From positions 115,320,001 through 115,384,000 of the forward strand of contig NC_043002.1 of the NCBI RefSeq assembly GCF_006345805.1: DNA of 64,000 nt. The letters are read 5' to 3'. Positions within the stretch are counted from its first letter, which is position 1. Every line of letters begins with the position of its first letter. Below are positions 11,801 to 23,438 of this stretch, piece after piece. Both the position numbers and the translations under genes were made by a program. The notes below the pieces were generated by a model. The model was not told the DNA's origin. It saw only the letters and a program-made list of their open reading frames with translations, and ran no database searches. The DNA is from Octopus sinensis. Taxonomy: Eukaryota.

Positions 11801-12590
11801 TTGGCATTCTGTTTCATTATAACATACTCTAAAACTCTCACATACTCTAAATACTTCCATCATTGTCATATTCTATGCAAACAATATGCCTATACTAGCA
11901 CAGTTACATGTGGTTGAGAGAAATACCTACAACCGTATTTGTCTCCCCAAAACAGGACCTGTTTGTCATAAATGGAAGCACTGGTTTAGGTCCACCACTG
12001 ACTATTCACAATTACAATCTGTTGAACTATTTTGCTCTTTTTTAATATGACCTTTAGAAGCAAATCCAGATAAACTAGGCACAAGAAATATAATATCAAT
12101 CTGCTGCAACTAAATCAAGCGTATCATATCCTCTTTGTTCAAAACTTTGTAAATCTTTTACCAGACTAAAGAGTAATTTCTGGTCACATAATATATAGAT
12201 TATCTCTAATAGTAGTAATTTTCTAAATATTTTACTCATATTTTCTGATAGTTCTGAATCAAATTTATATGTAACTGTGGCATATTTATTAGCTTCAATA
12301 GGTAACTCATTTTAAAAATTTATTTACTTTAATTATCTTTCCTTATTTAAATATTTTATTCTATTTGTATATAACAATAATTAAATTGTAAATATCATTG
12401 AAGTCACTAAATTATCCTGCATTTGTTTTTTTGTATATTACTTGTGCGACTGTGTAGTTAGTTTTAACTAGTGGTCATGAATATGTACTCTGTTGGTGTT
12501 GGGAAGATCATACTCGATTAACAAGTCGTCAGTCAATACTTACACACGCACACACACACTCGCACACACGCACACATATATATATACAAA

Positions 12591-12640
<50 letters not shown>

Positions 12641-12644
<4 letters not shown>

Positions 12645-13203
12645 TAATTAATCAATATAGGGTGGCAAGGAAAATTTTGTAGAATTTTATTGCCACCAGC
12701 GGCCCAGCGGGAAAAAAATTAAATAGTCATAGACCATTTTTAAGTTCAACATTAACAATTAAGGAACGGCCATAATAGGCCATTCACCCACTAGAAATAA
12801 CAGCCAAAGCTTCTACCGCAAATAAAGATTAATTCCGTAAACAGGAGAAAATTAAAAAAACATTTACCCTGTAATTTCTTGTACGGTATACCGTTTCATC
12901 CGCTGTTTAATGGTATACTAACCTGATTAAATTAAATCAAGCCAATCTTCCATAAGCCCTCGGATTCTTGAGCTATTTCTTGCTGAAGAATCCGAGGGCT
13001 TATGGAAGATTGGCTTGATTAATTTAATCAGGTTAGTATACCATTAAACAGCGGATGAAACGGTATACCGTACAAGAAATTACAGGGTAAATGTTTTTTT
13101 AATTTTCTCCTGTTTACGGAATTAATCTTTATTTGCGGTAGAAGCTTTGGCTGTTATTTCTAGTGGGTGAATGGCCTATTATGGCCGTTCCTTAATTGTT
13201 AAT
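12641..13203. repeat. Non-autonomous repeat between TA microsatellites with a 5' hairpin and a long fold-back (arms 12751-12969 / 12986-13203)
   Basis: The arms are reverse complements except for one 1-nt indel. 5' hairpin GGTGGCAA...TTGCCACC. A related copy lies at 57985-58172. Confidence 0.85.
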
Positions 13204-13207
13204 ATAT

Positions 13208-13239
<32 letters not shown>

Positions 13240-13632
13240 CATACAACGATATTATTTAATAACAAAGTAGTCACGCATACGCACCAAATACGCACGCACA
13301 CACATACACTAGCATCTACCGTAGCTAGCATGCCCTACTCCATTTTCTGCACCACCAACATCCTGTCCAACCACGTTGTCCTAGAAATACAAATTGGGAT
13401 TTTCATCTGCTGTCGCTACATCATCAACAACACCATGTGACATGCATTGACTTATCCAATCTCCAGTAACTAACCTGAACTTCCTCCATTCGTTTACCTA
13501 AGCCTGACGAGCCAAGGTCGTTTTACGAGTCCACAAAACTTTAAGTTGTATGGAGCCGAGTCAAGCTGTTATTAAATAATATATGTAACTTAAGCAAATA
13601 TGGTGTGTCATTTTCTTTCCATTTTCCACTCA

Positions 13633-13636
<4 letters not shown>

Positions 13637-13689
<53 letters not shown>

Positions 13690-13700
13690 TGTGTGTGTGT
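13637..13700. repeat. (TG)n microsatellite
   Basis: Direct inspection. Confidence 0.97.
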
Positions 13701-16700
13701 GCATTTTCACAGACGCTTTCAAAAATGATATCCCAAGCTCATGTTCTGATTGCTCCATACTACTACCACATGACTTTCTCTTTTTCAACAAGACTAAACT
13801 TGAGATTCTCTATCTAAGGAGCTAGACATCTCATGTTACCTAATGCTCAATGAAATACGTTAATAAAATAAATATTTTCCATCGAAGGAAGAATGCAGTA
13901 CATATGACATTTACAAAGATTTAGAAATTGTTCGTTAGGCAACTTTAAACAAGGAATTGACTAATAAAACACTTTGTCTCTACATTTTTTCCAAGAATCC
14001 AACGAACTATAAATATGATAATGTTGACATTTAAAACATGCAAAGGGAAATAGATACAGTCTTTCGTTTTATCATCTTATGCTTAATATTTGCTTTTCCT
14101 TTTGAACTTTTTTATGAAACAGCTAATAAGCTTATTTTATGTAGGATTAACATTACTGAGTGCATATATAATACCGACTGCTTTAAAGGGCTTTATCTGT
14201 TTATCTGCAGTTTATAAAACATGTGGTTTCAGAGTTAAATATTTCAGTGACCACATGGATAATAGCAAAGAGAAAATGGCGTCTTGGTTGTATTTCAATA
14301 TTAGAGGTGCAAACTTCTTTATGCTATCTATTGGAATAGTAAAGCATAAAATGGTCCGGGTTTTCAGCGAGTTAAACTAAGGCGAGAAGAGTATCATGCT
14401 TTTTTTTATCACAGCAGCATGGCTATAGATTCAAACCAATAACCTAGAAGCTTGTAGTTCATTTCTTTAGCATGGTGTCACTAATATGCATCTGTAATAT
14501 AATTTCCACAATTTTTATTGATAATTATTCTATATTACTGAATAAAATCAAACGCTAAATGTTTGCATTTTCTACCTGTTGTCATATTTTTACTTCAACA
14601 ATATAAAGATTCACTATGAACATCAAGAAAATACTACCCTGCCCCACTCCCATTATCATCGGGAAATACGAACAGAACAAAACTAAAAATCTAATCCCTG
14701 AAAATGCTAGTCCTCATCATTTTCCAGAATCTTCTCCTGGCAAATTCCCATCGTCAATACAGTAAAATTACATGAAAGTTTTCCTTCCTGTCTCAGAACA
14801 GAAAATTCTTCAGCCCCCTTTCAGATATTATAAATGCTGGGCAAGTGACTGCTAGTTAACTGTAATAGATGACATTCTCAATGTATTATAGAAGGTAAGG
14901 TTAGCATAGCTGAAAATAGACCACATATTTTTAATTTGTGAAAAATCTGGATGACGATACAGGAAATTATTTAATTATCGTAAAAAAGAATACTTAACGT
15001 GAATATGTGTAAATATCTCTTTGATGATATAATTAAAAACCTCAATTTTTAAAAATAGCTTTTACAACTCATACAAGATTAGCAATAACACATGCTATGC
15101 CATATATATTTGATTTCTCATTCTGAGTAAATAAAATATTCTTCAACTATAAAGAAATTTGCCTCTTAAAGTGCGGTAACTTTCATTTATTTAGAGCTGA
15201 CTAACTTTAAAAGTTCCGGATTAAGACGATAGCATTGGGTTCAAAGATATTCCGGCAGCATAACTGGGCGGATGGGTGGACCAGACTCGGCCGAGCATGA
15301 GTCATTATTGCCAGTATGTGCCAAACAATAAACCAGACCAACAATAAATCAGGTTGAAAGAGAACTTGAGGCCTACCGACAATGAGCAATGAGAATGCTC
15401 AGGATTAGACCGCGCCACAGACAGTTAAAGAATTTATAATTCCCCCCCGCCTTGTCAATTTTATCCCTAATAGTACAGTAAAATGTTGGTACTAGCTAAA
15501 ACTGATTATCTCAAAAAAGAAAAATAGTGTTCCTCTAAAAATTTAAGCGAATGAATAGTTTTCATTCGAAAACAATCAATTTCCGATGTGCATTTTATTT
15601 CCCGATGCCAAGCAAGCAAAATAAAACAGTCGTTCCAAATTAACAATAGGAAAGGAAAAGCCTGTTAAGAGAAAACGAAATTGTTAAGAAAAAAAACATT
15701 GATTTATTAGAAAAACGCTGAAGTTCGGCCAGATTCTTAGTCAAAAGGTTTGCAATTAGATAAGGAATCAAATTATATGACTTGATCTATCTTGCTACAA
15801 GTCATGTGGCAATGTAATATCGATAACAACGGCTCAGATTTTATGAAGATGTTCTTTGAATGTCAGCCTTCAGATGATGATACATCATATTTATCTTGCC
15901 ATAGATGAAATTATATGACTGGTTACAGAATAGGAGATTGGTTTTAATGTGAGAATAACATATATTTTATAGATTTCTTGAAGGAGCATGGCTCTGAAAA
16001 TACTTTCCTGGATCTGAGAAATTTACAAAAATGGTATATGTTCTCTGTGGTATCAAGGGGTCTGTCGGCTTGGAATTTTTCGTCTTAAATTTTAAAATTT
16101 CAAGTTGTAAATTATTCTCTACACAATTATTTATAACTCGAAAATAATGTATTCTCGGTCATAAAAAGCAACGAGAAAAAAACCATATGTTTTATGTACT
16201 TGATCGTTCCCTTTTTCCATTTCTATTTATTTATTTGTTTATTTTTCCATTTTAGATTTATGCAGGCATTGATATTGTTTCCTGAAGTAACAGCGCATTT
16301 CTAATACAAGTGTTTGCGTTTATGTGGACTTTATTTTATTATGACAAATAAATGCTGCGTAGTTTACTTACCAGCTATGTTTATTGGGTAATAAATGTCA
16401 TCTATATGCATTTATTTATAGTCCTGGCAACCTTATTTTCTACATGTATCTGGTTAAAAGCTTTCATCGCTAAACTAATTGTTGGCATCCTCTAACTTAT
16501 CCAGTTGCCAAATATTGTTGAAAGTTACAATAAATTAAAACAAATAGCTTAGAAAAGGGAGCGTTTTACAAAAATCAAACCAAGTTTGATAGCAATAAAC
16601 GGCATTTAGTTAATGAACAGTAACTTGACCAAAGCAATGATCAATCAAACAACAAATTTATTTGAAATAAAATTATTTCAATAGATAATACATTGAGAAG

Positions 16701-16952
16701 TACGATGACAGTTTCTCATAAAAACAAAACAGCAATTAAAAAACGAAGATTTCTGTCAGATTTTAAGAAAAGCCTCGTGTTCGGTTATCCTCATGTTCCT
16801 CCTGGAACACATTCTGTGTTGTGCAAATCAAAATACAGAACAGTAATATTTGAGTAGTAAATATTTACGCGTATAATTACAAATATTTTTCTAATTGTTT
16901 TCAACGAGATATATAACAAGTTATTCATAAAGAAAAGAAAAATGAACAAGAG

Positions 16953-16957
<5 letters not shown>

Positions 16958-17028
<71 letters not shown>
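16958..17028. repeat. (TG)n microsatellite
   Basis: Direct inspection. Confidence 0.97.
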
Positions 17029-17030
<2 letters not shown>

Positions 17031-17039
17031 ACATAAATA

Positions 17040-17880
17040 CAGACGTTAAGGTATGCATGTATTAATGAGCAACAATATATGTAGCTGAATGAAATGCAGA
17101 CAGGATATATTAGCCCTGACGAATTGTAATCTCTGAATTAAAATCAGTCCACACGACCTGAGCATTGACATAAATAATGATGCATCTTCCCAGGTGAATA
17201 TTGTTTGGTTGGCAATAAAATGAAGGTGCCTGGCCGGATTGAAACTTACAACAGTAAACCATGATGGTCCCTCGGGGACATTTGTTCTCAACCGTGTAGA
17301 CTACTACTCCCAACTATGGTCACTACACAATGTAAAATTAACGACGGAACTCGAAGTAATCCAGCAAAGCGACACAAAGAAGATCGTCTCAATGCGACAT
17401 GTCAGATACTGGGAGAGACTGAAAAAGTTAAGACTATACTCCCTACAATGAAGACAGAAAAGATATGAGGTGGAATACATCTGGAAAATCCTGGAAGGGC
17501 TTGTACCAAACTTTGGCATTGAAAATTATACAAACAGCAGAATGGGGCACCACTGCATAGTGCCAAAGATAACAACATTGCCATCAGGATACAGGGCAAG
17601 ATACTGCAACAGCCTGAGTTTCAAGGGCTAACAGCTCATCAATAGCATCTCAAAAAGTCCGAATGTGCAACATGGGCTGGCTGTAGGTGTCTTCAAAACA
17701 GAACTGGAACTCCTCCAAGCCGGAATTCCGGATGAACATACCTCGCGGCAGAAAACACAGATGAAAGCAGTAACATCAGACTCCCAGATGCACCAAATGA
17801 CAGACATCAGAGGCGGCTTCAAATAGTTAAATTGTAGCAAAGCTAACAGCGGTTCGCCATCATGGCCGTAGTTCTCTAGC
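17040..17880 (+). mobile_element. CR1-group LINE 3' remnant (RT C-terminal region and 3'UTR), decayed
   Basis: RHVRYWERLKKLRLYSLQ*RQKRYEVEYIWKILEGLVPNFGI...NSLSFKG..L.NSI...FKTELE.L..GIPDE, the typical CR1 ORF2 end. Confidence 0.85.
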
Positions 17881-18424
17881 TTTGTGGGACTCGACCATGT
17901 GTGCGGTCATCTGGAACGTTTTTTGATGACATTTTCATGAGCCCCTTAAAAAAATACAAACCTATCCTTAATTCAAGTGATGGTAAGTTGTGAAGGTGGA
18001 TCTGTTTAAAACGCCCTTCTAAACTGTCTTGGCACTTCGACTGCATTTTCAAACTTGAGATAGCAATATAGGAAACACTTCCTTCTTTCAAATCTTAGTC
18101 TGATTCCCTTCATTCTTTCTATCAGATGGATTAAATCTAAAAAGAAATTAAAATTGAGTTACCTACAGTTAAAGTGTGTGTACATAATTTTGTCACATGC
18201 GTGTGTGTGCGTGCACGCGTGTATTGTACATACTTGTTAACCTTTTTGCAAGAAGTGGTAGTCACAGTGCATTCCAAATTTCGGCTAGTCTTCGTCACAG
18301 TCAAATGACTGCGACAAGTAAAAGGTAGGCGTATATATTATATATAAAAAAATTATACACACATAATATATATGATACATATGTATCATATATACATTAG
18401 ATATACCATTTGATAAATATACAT

Positions 18425-18454
18425 ATTGCATATATATTATATACATATATATAC

Positions 18455-18550
<96 letters not shown>
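18425..18550. repeat. (TA)n microsatellite
   Basis: Direct inspection. Confidence 0.97.
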
Positions 18551-18552
<2 letters not shown>

Positions 18553-18758
18553 CAGCAACCCCTCGATTATCGCAGGTGTTACATTTCAAAACCTCCCACA
18601 GAAATAATTAAAATATAAAAAAATATAAATACCTATCGGCCGCAGACACTCGCGATATTCTGTGGATTCCACGATATAAATTTACATATATTAGCCAAAA
18701 AAATCTGCGATGCACTGAGTGCCCGATAGGTGAACCGCGGTACGGCGAGGGATTACTA
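18553..18758. mobile_element. Tigger/pogo-like (Tc1/mariner) MITE, 206 bp
   Basis: TA flanks (18551-18552, 18759-18760). Termini CAGCAACCCCTCGATTATCGC and (revcomp) TAGTAATCCCTCGCCGTACCGCGG resemble Tigger-type TIRs. Confidence 0.7.
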
Positions 18759-18799
18759 TATATCATGTATATGATATAAGTATATATTATATCATATAT

Positions 18800-18992
18800 A
18801 TATGTGTGTGGGTATGTGTGTGTGTGTGTATGTATGCATGTATGTATGTATGTATGTATGTATGTGTGTGTGTGTATGTATGTATGTATGTATGTGTATG
18901 TGTGTATGTATGTGTGTATGTATGTATGTATGTATGTGTGTGTATATGTATGTATGTATGTATGTATGTATGCATGTATGTATGTATGTATG
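18800..18992. repeat. (TATG)n/(TG)n compound microsatellite
   Basis: Direct inspection. Confidence 0.97.
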
Positions 18993-19323
18993 ATGGTGGA
19001 CAAGTTCTCTCTCTGTAAAAACTTCTGTTACAACTTTCGTTAATGTATATCTAACTTATCTAAAACTTTGCACCAGGTATATACCCTCCAGGCATATACT
19101 TTTAAAAGTTGCTATTTGTCTGATTGCAAAAACCCTCATACATATATTATGATTATTGTTTCTGTTTGCGTCCATTATATCGTCTAAAATTATTTTAACC
19201 TTTGCTGCTCCGCTTGTTCTACCAGATTCGTCAACCTTTCCTCTGTAATATAAAATCAACTCGCATATACTCACGCGGATCCCTTTGGAACTCTTCCCTT
19301 ATCTATCTTATCTTTCAGTTTTG

Positions 19324-19417
19324 AACTTCACCAACCTCGCTAGTCTGAAATTAATTGCAACACCCTTTCTATATATTGCACCTTATCTTCAAATTAATCT
19401 AAACTCTCGTAAAGTAA
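19324..19417 (-). repeat. 94-bp segment identical (inverted) to 23100-23193 in Tx1 ORF1
   Basis: Base-by-base match of the reverse complement. Confidence 0.9.
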
Positions 19418-19869
19418 TACATTTTTTAAGCAATTTGCGTTTAACGGCTGCTGATATCAATGAGAACATTTGATTCCTTTAGTTTTTATAGAAAATGCAT
19501 CGATCATTCGGTTACATGCAGAATCAATCCTCAAAAGTTGATATATTTTCTGCAATATTTGCTTAAATGAATGCTTAAGTAAATAAAAGATGTTAAATTT
19601 TATAAAGATCCGTTTATTTTTCTAATTTGAATACAAACAAACTGACTTGCGCAGATATCCTAAACCAGCACTTACTGGAGCTTGAACGAAATTGGTATAA
19701 TTAACATAACCTTTGAGCAAGAATTACATTCAAATTTGGGAAGCCTTCTGCATTTTATTAGATATTTTGTCTAATGAAATTATCTTAAAGATTAAATTAT
19801 GTGAGGATTATTATTCCAGCATTATTTTCTTGGTGATGCAGGTCAGTGGACAACGAAAGACGCAAATTC

Positions 19870-20390
19870 TTGTGAATCAATAACCGGTTGAAAACGTCAC
19901 CAGCTGCACCTACCTGGGCCGCAATTATATTACAGAGCAGATGTCAACTTCAGAATCGGGCATGCAGCAGCAGTGTTCAGAGGAATCGACCGACAAGATC
20001 TGGCCAAGCTCTTCGATTAGTCCATGCAGGAGAGTCTTGGAGAATGAATGTCAAAATCATTCAGAGGTTGAATGCATTCTCTCTATTGGTGGCTATGCAG
20101 AATCACAAACTCTCAAGTCCCAAGAAGAACCAATCCACGCAGCCTTTGGGAGATTGTAGTGGAAAGAAAAATTAGACTTTCAAGTCATGTTTTACCATTG
20201 CCACAAGAACCAAGAACAAATGCCCGAGATTGTTATACAATGAGTACCGCTAGAGAGATGAAAAAAAAGGCGGGAAACCCAAGGATACATGGTGTGCCAC
20301 CTTCGAAGAAGATCTCAAGCGACTTAGAGTCACCAGGTAAACTCAGGCGACTATGCTCAAAACCGAGATTATCGGAAACGCCTTTTTAGT
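19870..20390 (+). mobile_element. RTE-clade LINE 3' remnant, decayed
   Basis: VTSCTYLG, IGHAAAVF, DKIWPSSSISP, ERKIRLSSHVL, GKPKDTWCATFEEDLKRL across shifted frames. Confidence 0.72.
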
Positions 20391-21074
20391 CATAGACTTA
20401 GATCCTCACAGATCTAAGTCTATGACTAAAAATATTATCCAACTATTTATATATTCTGACTTGCTAATATCTAATTCTAGATGTTCTATAATTTCTTCGA
20501 TATATTTTACATCATGTCCTCCTAAAGTACCAAATAGAAAATAATCTTTAAATCTAGGATTTTGTATAGGATATAGTGAAAAAAAAATATGTTAAAAATA
20601 AAAACAATGTTGAGAATTGTGACCATTCAAGCAAAAGATTAAAGTGAATAAAAAATGACAAGATGCAATTTTGGGAACGTCTCACTTTGACATACTAAAG
20701 GTGAGATAAAGAGGGGTGTTTGACATTTATATAGAGTTTTTTACATTTTGACATTTACAATGTTGTAGGAGATCTAATATTTTAATGATAAAACAGATAA
20801 TCTTAATGTAAATGTAACATGCTAAAAAGCAATTTAAAAGTTTACTTGAAGTAGCTACTTTTCGCTAGTGGCATGTGTCAAGAAATTTATTTGGATTATA
20901 ATATAGCGAAGCACTGCTTAAATAGTAACTGTTTTCTACATCTGAGACACGAAAATGTTATCAGGCAATCCTTTTAAACACCATTGTTTTAAAAATCGAG
21001 GTAACTTTGCCTGTATCTTCGCAACTATTAAGCTACAAACAATATTTAAACATGCAGCATTATCAGCATCCAGT

Positions 21075-21413
21075 ATTGTTGTTGCGATTGTTGTTGCTGT
21101 TGAGCGAACGGTCTTCGTCCCAGAGCTCGCAAGATGGTAGAAGTCCGAAATGTGGTCCTTTGCTATTCGTAAGACACGCAGAAGAGAAAGCAGGTCAACC
21201 CCTGACACCGAGAGCATCGATGGATGGATGAATGCGCATCCAGGCTCAGCGGTTGCGTAGGAAGTCGGGAACAAGAAACAGGAAGAAAGTTGGAGCGAAA
21301 GAGTACAACAGGGGTCGCCACCACCCCCTGCCGGAGCGCCCGGTCTGGTAATCGAAACCGCGATCCTCCGTACGCGAGTCCGCTGCCCTAACCACTGGGC
21401 CATTGCGCCTCCA
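21075..21413 (-). mobile_element. tRNA-derived SINE type C (GGAGGCGCAATGGCCCAGTGGTTAGGGC head) with (CAA)n tail
   Basis: The head matches the copy at 60745. The 3' part differs and ends CGTTCGCTCAACAGCAACAACAATCGCAACAACAA. Confidence 0.85.
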
Positions 21414-21889
21414 CTGCGTTTGTTGTTGTATTTCAAGCCTTCAAACATTTTGCTCAGACACGTCTACTGATACACAATTATCAAGCGATAATCAAGTCAT
21501 TTCACACGTCTATTTTTGAGTTAACGTCTAAATTCAAGATTTGTAATGTAATTAACACTTTATCAAAAGTTAAATATTCTAATAGAAATCGGTCAGAATC
21601 GAAATTCTTAACAAAATTCTCTCCCATATTCTGACTCTAAGGTCAAAATTTTCGTCATGCACTTCATCCAAATATCTGTCATACATATATCTCAGCAATT
21701 GGCGGCGAGCTGGCAGAATCGTTAGTACGCCGGACGAAATGCGTAGCCGTATTTCGTCTGTCGCACATGTGTTCGTGGTGAAAATTGCTGTTTCTTGGTG
21801 TTAATAACTGTTGTTATTTGTTAAATTGTTGAATTACTTAACTGTTGGAGTTTTCATTTGAAAACACTTAGTGCTTGTAGTAGCACGCG

Positions 21890-23381
21890 TTGTTCATTCC
21901 CCCGTTGGGGGGAAGAATGTCGTCTAGCAAGGAGCCTACCGTTGGAGTAGAAATGTTTGTTTCTCCTGTTGAGAGGAGGAATTACATGTCCGACAAGGAG
22001 CCAACTACAAACAGAGAAATAAGGGTTTCCCCCGTTACAAGAAGGAATGGCAGAATGGATAATTTATTTGATTTTTTTTTAGATGTGTCTGAAAGCTCGT
22101 CAGAACTTTCACCAGAAGAGTTTCCGAATTTGCCAGAGAACAAGGGCATTGTGTCCAAAAGAATGACTGATGTACCTAGCATCCAGACAGAACCAAAAAA
22201 TGGAAAAAAAAGTTTTGCGCTTGCAGCTGGGGGTGGAACCCGACTGCTTTCGATGAATAAGAGTGACTTTATGAAATATAGGCCAAATGATGAAAATAAA
22301 TGACAACGTTGTCAAAATTCAACCTCCGGAAAAGTTACTACAAGAAGAAAAACAAAAAACAATAATTTTCAAAACTTATTGTTTACAAAAAAGAAGAATT
22401 GAAAGTATTATAGAAGACAAGATAGAAAAATGCTTGAAGGCAATATGGTGCGACGTAGTTTATCTGAGAAGAGGCAAGAAATTCGGAACGCACAAAAGAA
22501 CTCAGTAGAAACGCTGAAAACGAACGACGTGGAGCTCATCCCCACCTATATGGGGATGAGAACGTCCAGAATTAAAATTACAAGGGTCCCACCGGAAGTG
22601 GACCCTATGTGGTTGTTGGCGGCAGTCCTAATCAAAGAGGAAGTGAAAATTACTCTCCTCCAGGCTACCGCTACCGAAAACGAACACTGGGATGGTCAAA
22701 CAATTAATCTCCTCATTCAAGCGGACCCTAAAATAATTCACGCAATTCCCGAGACAATTGAGGTAGGGGAGGAGAACCTCGTGGTGTTTGTTGAGGGCCG
22801 AAAACCTCGATGTTTTTTATGTGGTCAATTAGGTCACATTCGAAGGAAAATGAGGAAGAGGAGAAAAAATAAAAAGAGGAAGAAGAAAAAGATGAGAAGA
22901 AAACAACAAACAAAAGAAAAATACAACCAGCAACTCTACCGAGAGCGGCGACTACTACAGAACAACGACCAAAAAAGATTGCCAGAAGAGAAAAAGAAGA
23001 AAAAGGCATAATAGCCGTATACACTAAAGATACTGAGTTCTTTTGTGCGATTTCTTTGTTGGTGAACCTTACTTCCACCGTTCCAAATTTCTTGCCTCTT
23101 TACTTTACGAGAGTTTAGATTAATTTGAAGATAAGGTGCAATATATAGAAAGGGTGTTGCAATTAATTTCAGACTAGCGAGGTTGGTGAAGTTACGACTT
23201 GTATGAAGTCTCAAATAAGACTCATAGAATTTTACAAAACAAATACCGAAAGACAGTATCGTCAATGAAATTAGATTTTAACAAGTCTATATTTCATGGA
23301 TTACCAGCCCCGATCCCGCGAGAAAAGGAAACGGTGGAGACTCCCCCTCCACCTGATAATTCTGTGTCGGTGGTGAGATAA
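21890..23381 (+). pseudogene. Tx1 ORF1 (gag-like nucleic-acid-binding protein), frameshifted and rearranged
   Basis: RRGKKFGT[VEVRF], IKITRVPPEVDP, zinc-knuckle remnant CFLCGQLGH at 22811. 31-nt deletion near 22490 and an inverted patch at 23031-23100. Confidence 0.75.
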
Positions 23382-23438
23382 ATCTATTTCCCAAGACCGT
23401 CGACCTCCATCGGACAATCCTGATTAAGCAGGTAAGTC

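Noticed and set aside
20936-21448. 170-aa minus-strand ORF
   Set aside because: Runs through a SINE C copy; chance open frame in GC-rich repeat.
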